Shown: piece after piece, positions 18,406 through 27,690 of the stretch
Position numbering within the stretch: the first letter of the stretch is position 1
Layout of the letters: every line of letters starts with the position of its first letter
DNA from: a virus
Taxonomy: Duplodnaviria > Caudoviricetes
Length of the DNA stretch: 34,679 bases
Direction: 5' to 3' (one strand)
IMG/VR virus record: IMGVR_UViG_3300020045_007409
Span: 1 to 34,679 of that record
Position numbers and translations under genes: made by a program
The notes under the pieces: model-generated
What the model was told of the DNA's origin: nothing
The model's input: only the letters and a program-made list of their open reading frames with translations
Databases searched by the model: none

Positions 18406-18705
18406 TCAAAGATTAAACCTTTTTAAAAATTTTTGATATTCGTATCGTTTATCTTTACCATTTTTTTCAAACATTATCCATTTAGGTGTCAATGGATATA
18501 TACGGCTGAGAAGTTCCAATACAGAACCTATTACGAAATGCACTACCAATGTATCCTCTTTCATTTCGGCTAATACGAAAGATGTTGGGGTTGAAAGAAC
18601 ATAGCCATTTCTTAAATGATAAGCCATTTCTTCATCAAAATCGGAATATTTATCAATTAATTCAATCGCTTGATTTATTATTGGTTGATCAGTTTTTAAC
18701 GACAT
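18406..18705 (-). CDS. Hypothetical phage protein
   Basis: 99 aa, TAATG-coupled to TerL; HLRNGYVLSTPTSF. Confidence 0.7.
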   Translation of the reverse strand: MSLKTDQPIINQAIELIDKYSDFDEEMAYHLRNGYVLSTPTSFVLAEMKEDTLVVHFVIGSVLELLSRIYPLTPKWIMFEKNGKDKRYEYQKFLKRFNL

Positions 18706-20309
18706 TACAATGAAATTCTAACTCCTTTCGAATTTTGACGGGTCGGGTGATATTTTCGGCTTTCTGAGTAATCTGATCTATCCTTTTCTGTGACTATGCG
18801 ACGTTCATATGCTTCAAAGAATGTTCTGAGAGCATCACAAACATCAGAAATACCTATTTTATCATGATATGGCTTCTCGGGTTGATTAGGATTCGTTTTA
18901 TATAATTCTAAACATTCTACACAAGATGGTAATTCTGTTCCGACACTATCTATATTCTTTAAATCACATGAACGATGTATATAAAATCTACTAAGATTAT
19001 TGCGTATAGAATTAATACCAGTCCACACATCGTCTGTTCTGGGAACAATTATTATTCTATTTGATGCTATTCCTGCCTTCTGTAACTCTGCAATATATGT
19101 AGTACCACTCGATGTACCTGTTTTAACACCATCATGTGGAAGTAGTATCTTATCAAAGAATATTCCTAATTCTGCTTCCCATTTTTTGATTTGTGTAGCA
19201 GTTCCAGCAGCACCATGACCACTTTTCATGTATGATCGGTGTATAAGAATATCTCTATTAGAGAATTGGACAACCCATAATGCTGTTTTATCACTGAAAC
19301 CTAAATCGGCACAAACATATATTGGAGATGCTTTATCTATTTCAATATCTCTTATACGTCCTTTACTTCTTAATTCGGTTATTTCTGGATATATTTGGCC
19401 TGCACTATGCACCATCACACATTCAGAAGGAATTGTAGGAAATTCACGTTTCATGAAACGTTTTTGAATCTTACTCATTTCTTCATACCAATATTTCTGT
19501 TCATTAGAAAGTTCTATGTTATGGTTATTTTTTAAATATTCAAAATATCGTGTATTATGAACATCTATTACACAGTTTTGATCATATGGAAGGGTATATT
19601 CTTTTTTATTATTCCAAGGATAGAAGAAGAATTTGAAGGACAATGCAGTAAGAGATTTACCCACATTGTCTAAAGCACTTTTAAATAGCTCATATGCTGG
19701 TCCATTAGGTCCGCGCATCGTTGTTTCAACCGTAATTATACCACTTGCCCCTACTGCTGGAAATGATCCTTGCACAATTTTATATGCACGGTTGATATCA
19801 TCGTCTGCAATTACGGCGAATTCAGACACATGTAATCTTTTTAATGATTGACCAGTAAAGCTCATGCTTGCCATGTATTTTGAACCATTTGAAAATTTTA
19901 ATTCGCTTTGGTTTTCTCTTTCAAGTTTCACATGTTCGTGAATCTTCATCCAAATCTGTGCAATAACTGGATTTGGATGTTTTGGGCCATTATGATAGGC
20001 AAAGGATGCCATCTCTAGTTTCTTACCACAATCTACTTCACGATAGTCAATCGTTGCAACAGAGGTATTGGAATTAAATAAACATTCGTCTAACCATTTA
20101 ATAACAATGATCGTACTTAACCCGAGTTGTCGTGACTTAGCAATATAATTACGGGTATGTTCATTCTCTAGATAATGACGCTGTTCATCTCTAAGAACTA
20201 GTGGGATGGGATCGGTGGAAAGTTCTTGGTTCTTAATAAGATATAAATTTGAAAGCCTCCACATTGGGTCTTTCAACTTATCTTGAATATTTTGTACTGT
20301 TATAGCCAT
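18705..20309 (-). CDS. terL: Terminase large subunit
   Basis: WRLSNLYLIK, Walker A IAKSRQLGLST, Walker B LHVSEFA, VETT, FFYPW, nuclease ADLGFSD / LPHDG / SDVCDALR. Confidence 0.93.
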   Translation of the reverse strand: MAITVQNIQDKLKDPMWRLSNLYLIKNQELSTDPIPLVLRDEQRHYLENEHTRNYIAKSRQLGLSTIIVIKWLDECLFNSNTSVATIDYREVDCGKKLEMASFAYHNGPKHPNPVIAQIWMKIHEHVKLERENQSELKFSNGSKYMASMSFTGQSLKRLHVSEFAVIADDDINRAYKIVQGSFPAVGASGIITVETTMRGPNGPAYELFKSALDNVGKSLTALSFKFFFYPWNNKKEYTLPYDQNCVIDVHNTRYFEYLKNNHNIELSNEQKYWYEEMSKIQKRFMKREFPTIPSECVMVHSAGQIYPEITELRSKGRIRDIEIDKASPIYVCADLGFSDKTALWVVQFSNRDILIHRSYMKSGHGAAGTATQIKKWEAELGIFFDKILLPHDGVKTGTSSGTTYIAELQKAGIASNRIIIVPRTDDVWTGINSIRNNLSRFYIHRSCDLKNIDSVGTELPSCVECLELYKTNPNQPEKPYHDKIGISDVCDALRTFFEAYERRIVTEKDRSDYSESRKYHPTRQNSKGVRISL

Positions 20310-20779
20310 TATTTTCCAAATAGATTATCAATTGCTTGACTGATTTCGGGTGCAATAGAATGAGTTAGGTTTAGTGAACCACTTTGTTCTATTTTTGTAG
20401 CAGAATCATGTCCTGCCATTTTATTATCTAATTCTATATATTTTGCCCTCTCTCGTTCAGAAACGTTTGGGTCTTCTATTTTTGCCTTGATAATAGCTCT
20501 TTTTGCTTCGTATGATAAAAAATAATTTACTGCTACTTCTTGTTTTTCTGTAAGGATTTTCTTAGCAATCCTTGGTTCATTTGCAAGCAAGGATGCAACT
20601 TTATATAATGATGCGTCTTTCCATTTTGATCTATTTGGAAATGAATTTCGCATTGCACTTTTATAAGATTCACCTCGCGCAACAAGTTGACAGAAAAGTT
20701 CTTCTTCGGGCGTGAATATTTCTTCTTCGTTTAAAATGGGTTCTTCTTCGTTTAACGGCTGCTGTGAGTTATCGTTCAT
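20309..20779 (-). CDS. terS: Terminase small subunit
   Basis: TPEEELFCQLVARGESYKSA..ASLLANEPRI HTH; IELDNKMAG..KIEQSG; TAATG-coupled to terL. Confidence 0.85.
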   Translation of the reverse strand: MNDNSQQPLNEEEPILNEEEIFTPEEELFCQLVARGESYKSAMRNSFPNRSKWKDASLYKVASLLANEPRIAKKILTEKQEVAVNYFLSYEAKRAIIKAKIEDPNVSERERAKYIELDNKMAGHDSATKIEQSGSLNLTHSIAPEISQAIDNLFGK

Positions 20780-20898
20780 ATACGTATTTACATTAAAAAA
20801 TTAATATTCCATATAATCGTTTCTAAGAAGGGTGTACTGTATTTGGCTACTCTGACCCTATTGTTCTTAGAAACGACTTCCTATGATGGTTTATGGCC

Positions 20899-21051
20899 TT
20901 AGACAAGGCACATAAGCAGTCTTTCGTCTTCTTGTTTTTGTTCAAGCTTTTTAAGAAAGTCTTTTACTTGTTTATATTGCTTCTTTGATAGCACTCTAAT
21001 TGGTTTATCAATTGATGAGGGGGTGTTGGCAGTAGATGATGTTGTTGTCAT
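20899..21051 (-). CDS. Small hypothetical protein (50 aa, not in the ORF track)
   Basis: MTTTSSTANTPSSIDKPIRVLSKKQYKQVKDFLKKLEQKQEDERLLMCLV; TAAGTA box 7 nt upstream. Confidence 0.5.
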   Translation of the reverse strand: MTTTSSTANTPSSIDKPIRVLSKKQYKQVKDFLKKLEQKQEDERLLMCLV

Positions 21052-21146
21052 ATATAATTACTTATCTTTTTTTCTCAACTTTTGAAAAAATGCTTAATTA
21101 TATTTTAATGGATGTTTGCCCACGGGCGAAGTTCATTGATTTTTAA

Positions 21147-21371
21147 CTACTCATCTTCTCCATCCAGTGTTCCTTCTTCATTTTCTATTTTATGCATGAA
21201 ATATTGTTCGAGACAATGTTCGATTGCTATTTTGTCTCTTACTGAATTAAATTTCTGATATCCGAGCATATTTCCATCTAATGTGGTTGCTACTATAAAA
21301 AAACTGTCAACGTGTTCAGATAGGATATTGGATATTACCTTTTGTTGTCTATCTGTTTTAGATGATTTCAT
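21147..21371 (-). CDS. Hypothetical protein (74 aa, start revised to 21371)
   Basis: MKSSKTDRQQKVISNILSEHVDSFFIV..; TAAATA 5 nt before this ATG. Confidence 0.65.
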   Translation of the reverse strand: MKSSKTDRQQKVISNILSEHVDSFFIVATTLDGNMLGYQKFNSVRDKIAIEHCLEQYFMHKIENEEGTLDGEDE

Positions 21372-21618
21372 AAAAGTATTTATGTTATTTGACCGACTTT
21401 CCTTATTGCGACTCAATATCATCTTCAAAGCTCTTTCCCAAACCGTTTCCCATTTTTGCTTTATTAATATTAATGGATTTGCCCTGCGGGCTGGTTTTAT
21501 TGGATTGAATGTTTTTATTGTGTTGTATGGTTCCAATTAAGCCAAGCGAAGCGCGGAGGGTGCGTTAGCAACAGTACGGCCCCGCAGGGTATTAAAATTC
21601 ATTTTGCAGGTATATCAT

Positions 21619-21911
21619 AAGAGTTACTCCAAGTGCTCGTACGCAGGAGAAACAGTGTTTCAAAGTGACTCCAAATTGAATTTCAAAGTGACTCCAAATT
21701 GAATTTAGCGACAAAGTGACTCCAAATTTTAGAAACAGTGTTTCAAAGTGACTCCAAATAACAATTAATAGGCGACAAAGTGACTCCAAATTGGATTAGT
21801 TTAGCGGATTTCTCCTGCGTACACATGTTTCAAAGTGACTCCAAATTGGATTAGTTTAGCGGATTTCTCCTGCGTACACATGTTTCAAAGTGACTCCAAA
21901 TTGGATTAGTT
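21619..21911. repeat. Iteron-like array, probable replication origin
   Basis: Seven exact CAAAGTGACTCCAAAT copies at 21661, 21684, 21712, 21744, 21776, 21831, 21886 plus a degenerate copy near 21619. Includes a 55-bp tandem duplication. Confidence 0.85.
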
Positions 21912-21921
21912 CGACTAAATT

Positions 21922-21959
21922 AAAAACCCGTAGAGAAATCGTGTTCTCTACGGGTTTTT
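21922..21959. terminator. Strong hairpin / bidirectional terminator bordering the origin
   Basis: aaaaacccgtagagaa-atcgtg-ttctctacgggttttt (16-bp stem). Confidence 0.75.
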
Positions 21960-22174
21960 CCTAATATGCAAAAGTAAATTTACTATCAACGTGCGCCAAC
22001 ACTACTTTAAATCTACAACCAAAACATGTACATCATGTCTCTTTAATTACTTACTCATAATAAACTACTTTTCAAAAAAACACAAGGCCAAAATCAAAAA
22101 AGTTTGAAAAGTGGAAAAAGAGAAAATAATTAGTAAGTATTATTTGAACGCACGCCAATTGTTCACCTAAAATT

Positions 22175-23218
22175 ATGCAAAACAAAATTCCGAAATACGC
22201 CACAAAGGAGATACACACTCTCAACAACCTAGTAGTAGACACTGGAGATAAATTACTCGACTCTAAAATATTGATAGTCTTAGGGTATCTGATCCACGAA
22301 GTCGATAGATATATCACTAGAAGACAATTTAACAGAAAAATAGACGATTTTATACTATTACCACATAAGACATTAACAAAATTATGTGGAAGACGCGACA
22401 CTAAAACGAAAGTATTAAATTACCTATTACAATATAAGATAATTGAATGGTATAAGTCACCAGATTCTAAATCAAAGACTGGAGCAAGTTGGTGCCACTC
22501 TTCAAAAAATGTTAAGGACAACTACGCAAGAAAGTGCCGCTTGGCAAGACAATATTATGATGCAGTTAGATCATTTCAAACAACCATATTGAATGTTAAA
22601 GTGACCAATGATGAAGAATTTCTCACATGGAAGATGTTCGATATGCATAACTATAGAAAAAACTCCGAGGAAAATATTGAAATTGCAGTTGAACTACCTA
22701 TAGACCAAGGTCCAAAAGAAGACATTACAATTATATTAAACCAATTTAAACCAATGAAAACAACATTACCACCACTTAATCCAAATGACGAGAAACGTTA
22801 TATTGATCAAATCGACTTTGAGGATATCTTTTTATCAAAGGAAGAACCGAAAGTCGTTCAAGCAGTATACACACCAATAATAGTTAAGGAAAAGTTGACC
22901 ACTGAACCTGTTGCTGTTGAGGAAACCCCTGAGATGTTAATTCAATCTATTAAACCCGCATTCGATTGGAATATTATTCAAAAAGCGGTCTTGACTCCTT
23001 ATATGACAAAAACAGAGCAAGAATCTCAAACATATGTGAAGAAAGATATTCATAATCAATCTATAGTAAAATCAGAACAAGAGGTAATACAATATATAGA
23101 TCAAAAGGTGTCACAGTTAAAGATAGAGATTAATAAAAAGAATCCGAACAAACCTCTTTACGAAGCAGTAAAAGGATGTTATGATAAAGCCAAGTGGCTG
23201 ATTGAAAAAAACAAATAA
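22175..23218 (+). CDS. Putative replication initiator / DNA-binding protein
   Basis: Basic N-terminal ~140 aa with a winged-helix-like pattern (LTKLCGRRD..VLNYLLQYKIIEW..ARKCRL); adjacent to the iteron array. No diagnostic catalytic motif seen. Confidence 0.5.
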   Translation: MQNKIPKYATKEIHTLNNLVVDTGDKLLDSKILIVLGYLIHEVDRYITRRQFNRKIDDFILLPHKTLTKLCGRRDTKTKVLNYLLQYKIIEWYKSPDSKSKTGASWCHSSKNVKDNYARKCRLARQYYDAVRSFQTTILNVKVTNDEEFLTWKMFDMHNYRKNSEENIEIAVELPIDQGPKEDITIILNQFKPMKTTLPPLNPNDEKRYIDQIDFEDIFLSKEEPKVVQAVYTPIIVKEKLTTEPVAVEETPEMLIQSIKPAFDWNIIQKAVLTPYMTKTEQESQTYVKKDIHNQSIVKSEQEVIQYIDQKVSQLKIEINKKNPNKPLYEAVKGCYDKAKWLIEKNK

Positions 23219-23225
23219 ACTACAC

Positions 23226-23504
23226 ATGAAATACCTTCGTTTAACAATGCTTTGGCTAATAATTATTAGTCTGTTCTATATAATCAGTCTATTTTCTTTT
23301 ACATATGTGTATGTATTTGGGTTAATTCCGACTTATATACTGTATAAGTTCATTCTCAAAAATATTAAACCTATGTCATATGGTATGATATTGTCCTGGC
23401 CAGTGTTGCTTATTGCGAGTTTATCAGTCACACATCAGGGAATTCTTGAGGGTGACAACTGGGAAATAACTTTCAAATATCTGACTCAATTCTTAAAAGT
23501 ATAA
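23226..23504 (+). CDS. Small multi-pass membrane protein (start revised to 23226)
   Basis: Two to three hydrophobic segments. Confidence 0.6.
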   Translation: MKYLRLTMLWLIIISLFYIISLFSFTYVYVFGLIPTYILYKFILKNIKPMSYGMILSWPVLLIASLSVTHQGILEGDNWEITFKYLTQFLKV

Positions 23505-23512
23505 AATTTATT

Positions 23513-23626
23513 ATGTTCATATTCTCAATCTTAGTTATAGCTTTCATATTTGCTACATTCGCCTACCACAGGCATAGTATAAGCAATCCTGTTCCAAGGG
23601 AAAATCCAAGAAAACCCCGACTTTAA
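23513..23626 (+). CDS. Small membrane peptide (37 aa, not in the ORF track)
   Basis: MFIFSILVIAFIFATFAYHRHSISNPVPRENPRKPRL; fills the gap up to the convergent terminator. Confidence 0.4.
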   Translation: MFIFSILVIAFIFATFAYHRHSISNPVPRENPRKPRL

Positions 23627-23641
23627 TTGGTCGGGTTTTTT
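23611..23641. terminator. Bidirectional terminator overlapping convergent stop codons
   Basis: cccgac-tttaattg-gtcggg flanked by A and T runs. Confidence 0.6.
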
Positions 23642-24039
23642 ATTTTAACGATTAAGCCCGCCTCGTTATCCCCGATATGTTCAAATGGCACATTCTCCTC
23701 ATATCTACTTTTATTAGTCTCGATTAATATAATAATATTGGGTTTTAGAATACTACGCATCTCCTTCAAGGGGCATATCATGTCTACTACGACAACCGAT
23801 TCTTTGGCTTCCAATGCCTTCTTACGCATGGTGTAAGCCGCTTTCATCCTGCCACCAATACCAAAGTCTGTGTTCGATGTTAAGGCACGTATAACGTCGT
23901 TGTTTAAGTAGCAGTGTTCTCCAAATGAGTCCTTATTTTGGTTGTAAAAAGTCGTTTTACCTGCACCGCTTTTACCACAAATGAGGATTATATGTTTTGG
24001 TTTATATTTATCATTACAACTGTCTCTATACATTTTCAT
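23623..24039 (-). CDS. P-loop kinase, phage adenylyl-sulfate (APS) kinase-like
   Basis: ILICGKSGAGKTT, LNNDVIR..DF..GR, VVVDMICPLKEMR, RYE..PFE match the APS-kinase motif order. Start may be 24033. Confidence 0.65.
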   Translation of the reverse strand: MKMYRDSCNDKYKPKHIILICGKSGAGKTTFYNQNKDSFGEHCYLNNDVIRALTSNTDFGIGGRMKAAYTMRKKALEAKESVVVVDMICPLKEMRSILKPNIIILIETNKSRYEENVPFEHIGDNEAGLIVKIKNPTN

Positions 24040-24086
24040 ATTTAATTGAAAATTGAGAAAGTGTTTCTTTTGAATTAAATATCATC

Positions 24087-24320
24087 ATGCGTCTATGTAC
24101 TACATGCCACACTAAACATCCAATTGAACTCTTTTGCAAAAGTATAAAGAGTAAAGATGGTATAGGTAATAGATGTAGACCATGTAGAATCGCAGCGATT
24201 AAGCGTCATTACGAAGCAAATCCGAAATTACCAAAGATTAAACCTGAGAAACAGAATATCCCAGATATGTTTGCGGGCAAATCATATACAAAAACGGTTC
24301 TGGTTAGGAAATTTTTCTAA
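24087..24320 (+). CDS. Small zinc-finger protein
   Basis: CTTC..F..SKDG..CRPC pattern; TAAATA 5 nt upstream. Confidence 0.65.
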   Translation: MRLCTTCHTKHPIELFCKSIKSKDGIGNRCRPCRIAAIKRHYEANPKLPKIKPEKQNIPDMFAGKSYTKTVLVRKFF

Positions 24321-24347
24321 AATTATTTATTTGTAATAAATAGTTAT

Positions 24348-24530
24348 GTGCTGCCAGCAATAGAAGATTTATATGAGAAAAAAAGGACTCTCGAAGAGTT
24401 ACTTAAACGTATCGATTATTTGTTACGTGACCCTAAATGCGACAAGAAAAAATGGTTAGCTAATCGGGTCAATGTTAAATATAAACTCATTTATCTCTGG
24501 ACAGAAATAACAACTCATCCAAAATTCTGA
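24348..24530 (+). CDS. Hypothetical protein
   Basis: 60-aa ORF; TAAATA 5 nt before GTG. Confidence 0.5.
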   Translation: MLPAIEDLYEKKRTLEELLKRIDYLLRDPKCDKKKWLANRVNVKYKLIYLWTEITTHPKF

Positions 24531-24561
24531 AAAAGTTATTTTTAAATCTAAATAATTTAAT

Positions 24562-25059
24562 ATGACTCTAGATCAAATTATTTTACCTGCTGCCAAACCT
24601 AAAAATGAACCAGAGGAGCCTACTCAATCCGTTGTGTTAAGAAATAAACAAGGATTTTCCATTAAAAAATGTCAAATACAAGAAGCGAATAATGAATATT
24701 TTGTGTTATTCGTTCCAAATCAATCAAAAACATTTGATGCAGATGATAAAGAATTTGTCGATACTAATGAATACTTTGATTCATTTACTAAAAAGATAAA
24801 GCGAATATGTAATCGGTACTATCAAGAATTTCAATTTGCTGATTATGATAGATGTGATGATGGATTATTGATTAAATGTTTCTATTCTCCGAATATTGTA
24901 TTTTTAGACAGGCATTACGATGAATACTCTCATGAAGATGCAATCATGCAATTCTTTTCAGCGGCATCAAATATAGATATCATTGGAGAATTACTGGTAA
25001 GAAATATTGGACTACAGAAGTTTATCGTCGTTCGTGTGAACTATATAAAAGAAAGCTGA
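24562..25059 (+). CDS. Hypothetical protein
   Basis: 165-aa ORF; TAAATA 7 nt upstream; no motif recognised. Confidence 0.65.
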   Translation: MTLDQIILPAAKPKNEPEEPTQSVVLRNKQGFSIKKCQIQEANNEYFVLFVPNQSKTFDADDKEFVDTNEYFDSFTKKIKRICNRYYQEFQFADYDRCDDGLLIKCFYSPNIVFLDRHYDEYSHEDAIMQFFSAASNIDIIGELLVRNIGLQKFIVVRVNYIKES

Positions 25060-25098
25060 GTGTAAAATCACGAAAATGTACGTTTTCATATAAGTAAT

Positions 25099-25665
25099 AT
25101 GTATATGAACACACAACCAAACAACATTCAAAAACGTCCAGACGGAACATACATCACAAATATTGATGATCACTCATATCCACTAATTCCATTGGCTAAT
25201 GGGCAATTTACAATAGTGTCTTGGGAAGACTTTGATATGCTTAAAAAATATAACTGGTATCTCAGGTCTACTGATAACTATATCGGTACAAACATCACTC
25301 TCAAAGGTGAGAAATACGAGTCACCCAATGGTCGTATTAAAACAAAACAAAAGACCTTGCTTCTCCATACATTGATTCGTCCAAAAGAAAAAGGTAAAGT
25401 ATTGGATCATATTAACGGGTGCCGTATAGACAATAGACGAGAAAATCTACGACTTGTTTCCAGACATGTTAATGCAGTCAATAGGACAAGAGTTAATTCT
25501 AATAATAAATTACAAACGCCCGGAGTAACACAAAGAAGAAAAAGATTTGTAGCACGCATAACCATAAATGGCGTTCTAACTTATCTTGGTATATATAAAA
25601 CAAAGGAAGAGGCCGCACAAGTATATCAAAAAGCCCAAAAGGAATTATTGGATTCTCTGATTTAA
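25099..25665 (+). CDS. HNH endonuclease with C-terminal AP2-like domain
   Basis: LDHINGCRIDNRRENLR; GV..RFVARITING..YLGIYKTKEEAAQVY. Confidence 0.9.
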   Translation: MYMNTQPNNIQKRPDGTYITNIDDHSYPLIPLANGQFTIVSWEDFDMLKKYNWYLRSTDNYIGTNITLKGEKYESPNGRIKTKQKTLLLHTLIRPKEKGKVLDHINGCRIDNRRENLRLVSRHVNAVNRTRVNSNNKLQTPGVTQRRKRFVARITINGVLTYLGIYKTKEEAAQVYQKAQKELLDSLI

Positions 25666-26082
25666 ATTAATATGTGAGTAAAATGGATGACTGAAATCTA
25701 AGCTACCATTTTTGGTCAAATTGACTGAGGCTGGAACTGGTAGCAGATTTTCTTCGTGATGTTTACCACCCTTTGAAAGAGGCACTAAATGATCTACATG
25801 GTATTTGATGCCAATACAGACAGTTAAACGAGCAGACATTTCATAAAAGGTATTAATTATATTTTGGTTAGCATTTTCTGGAGTGGCACTAGTTTTCACT
25901 GCCCTACGCTTAGCATCAGATGCATTAACTTTGTCTGGATTATTTTTTCGATATTCTTTATGATAATCTTTAATTTTTAGCATATTATCTCTGTAATACT
26001 TCTTGGTGTATTCTTTCTTTTTATCCGCATTATTTTTATAATACTTTTTATCATAATCCTTTCTCTCTTCCTTTGTCATCAT
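25645..26082 (-). CDS. HNH endonuclease
   Basis: AKRRAVK..ATP, YHVDHLVPLSKGGKHHEENL..NLTKN. Confidence 0.88.
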   Translation of the reverse strand: MMTKEERKDYDKKYYKNNADKKKEYTKKYYRDNMLKIKDYHKEYRKNNPDKVNASDAKRRAVKTSATPENANQNIINTFYEMSARLTVCIGIKYHVDHLVPLSKGGKHHEENLLPVPASVNLTKNGSLDFSHPFYSHINLNQRIQ

Positions 26083-26096
26083 AATAATATTTAATT

Positions 26097-26133
26097 AAAA
26101 ACCCCACTCGATTTTATTCAAGCGGGGTTCTTT
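26097..26133 (-). terminator. Intrinsic terminator after the holin, abutting the HNH promoter box
   Basis: Minus strand aaccccgcttgaataaaatcgagtggggttttt. Confidence 0.6.
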
Positions 26134-26208
26134 GGTTCAATCATCTACTGCCAGGCGACCAATTAAACCATACCCTCATTATAGTATGGTTTTTGTGTGG
26201 GGCAACTA

Positions 26209-26403
26209 TTAACTATCTTTTTCTTTAAGTGTGTCTGGGACAAAGACACCAATCAATCCTGCAACAGCAGTTCCAGCAGCAATAATGTGTGTTGCTATTT
26301 CGGGATTAATTGTAATTCCGAAAGCAGTAACTACTAAAATAAGACCTCTCCAAGATGAGGATTCTTTTGCACGTTTCACTATAAATGGTAATATTTTTTT
26401 CAT
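26209..26403 (-). CDS. Putative holin (two TM segments)
   Basis: KESSSWRGLILVVTAFG..IIAAGTAVAGLIGVF; charged C-tail. Confidence 0.65.
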   Translation of the reverse strand: MKKILPFIVKRAKESSSWRGLILVVTAFGITINPEIATHIIAAGTAVAGLIGVFVPDTLKEKDS

Positions 26404-26411
26404 ATATTAGA

Positions 26412-26693
26412 TTATTTACCTTTCAGTGCCTGTTTTATTTCCTCAATACCAGACTTGATGTACGAAATATCTGTGTGAAGTATTGCAGTGGTTTTTTCAA
26501 TGTTGGATATTCTTTCCTTAATTACCTCATGTGAGATTTCCACTTTTTCAACCCGCTTTAAGTCCTCGTTGCGGGTAGTTTTGAATTCCGCAGTGGTGTA
26601 CTCTATTTTTCCCCATGCAATTGATATGGCCGCAACCACTGATATTAATGTTAGTATTGTTCCAAAGGAGATTTCTTGAATGAATTTAGGCAT
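26412..26693 (-). CDS. N-terminal TM plus coiled-coil protein (lysis-module associated; start revised to 26693)
   Basis: ISFGTILTLISVVAAISIAWG followed by heptads ending ISYIKSGIEEIK. Confidence 0.6.
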   Translation of the reverse strand: MPKFIQEISFGTILTLISVVAAISIAWGKIEYTTAEFKTTRNEDLKRVEKVEISHEVIKERISNIEKTTAILHTDISYIKSGIEEIKQALKGK

Positions 26694-27027
26694 AAGGCAG
26701 TAGAATATATTTATCATATCATTATAGATTTATATAATATTTCAAGATTCGATTTAGATTGGTTCTAACGAATCTGAAAGCGTTTATAGTATGCCGACAC
26801 TACATTCATGTAAAAGTCCGCCAAAACACCTCACAACACGATTTAATGGGCAATTCAATGATTTTGAATGCGATGATATAGCCCAGTCAAGAACACGTTG
26901 CTAATAAATACGATTTTTTTTATTTTGTATACGTTTCTCCTTGAATTGATAGTTGACTTGATTTATACTGTCGTGTCAACGGCCAAAAACCCTCCCGCCA
27001 AACAAAAAAACTATACTCTTAAAACAT

Positions 27028-27684
27028 TTATTTAATATAATTAAATAAATCAAAATCTTCTTTAAAGAAGTTATATACTAATTCTTTTAATTCATCATCA
27101 TAGTAATCCATGTGAGAATTTTTTGTATAGAATAACTCATGAGGAATATCTACTATGCCGAGATAATTCTTTATCGATTCTATATCCTCAAATCGTAAAA
27201 TATCATTTACTATTATTTCCCCAGTAGAATCTACAACAAATGATTTTTGTGTAGAAAAATGTGAATCAAAAATTACATGGCGCACAAAGGGTGGCAGAGC
27301 AAATGTTTTTAAAATAAACTCACGAAAGCTTAAATTTTTAAAATCTTTACATTTTGTAACATCATGTTTTTGAATATAATTATATTCTGATACCATTCTT
27401 TCGTATGGATTTCTAACAATAGCAAATGAGGTATATTTATTCCAGATAGAAGGCACTAAACGTTTTAATTGGTATGCAGTTAAATGTTGTGGGGTTACAT
27501 AATTGATTGAATCCACCTCATCTCTCGAAAACCCTCTAAAATCAAACTTCAATTGTGTAAATCCTATAGGCTTTAGCGAAAATAGCTGAAACTCGTCAGC
27601 AATATGGAAGTATTTTTCGATACTTGACCCCATATTTTTGGCGATATGAATAAACAATTTGTTTCTATCAGAAATAACAGGCAT
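27028..27684 (-). CDS. Sulfotransferase (Sulfotransfer_2-like)
   Basis: 5'-PSB-like LFIHIAKNMGSSI, 3'-PB FAIVRNPYERMVSEY, HFSTQ, ILRFEDI, DFDLFNY. Confidence 0.85.
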   Translation of the reverse strand: MPVISDRNKLFIHIAKNMGSSIEKYFHIADEFQLFSLKPIGFTQLKFDFRGFSRDEVDSINYVTPQHLTAYQLKRLVPSIWNKYTSFAIVRNPYERMVSEYNYIQKHDVTKCKDFKNLSFREFILKTFALPPFVRHVIFDSHFSTQKSFVVDSTGEIIVNDILRFEDIESIKNYLGIVDIPHELFYTKNSHMDYYDDELKELVYNFFKEDFDLFNYIK

Positions 27685-27690
27685 ATAATA

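Noticed and set aside
21592-21789. 65-aa ORF with repeated WSHFE/FGVTL
   Set aside because: Translation artefact of the iteron array.
21661-21911. CRISPR mini-array
   Set aside because: The repeat is only 16 bp and non-palindromic; intervening segments are 7-39 bp, non-unique and partly duplicated; no cas genes.
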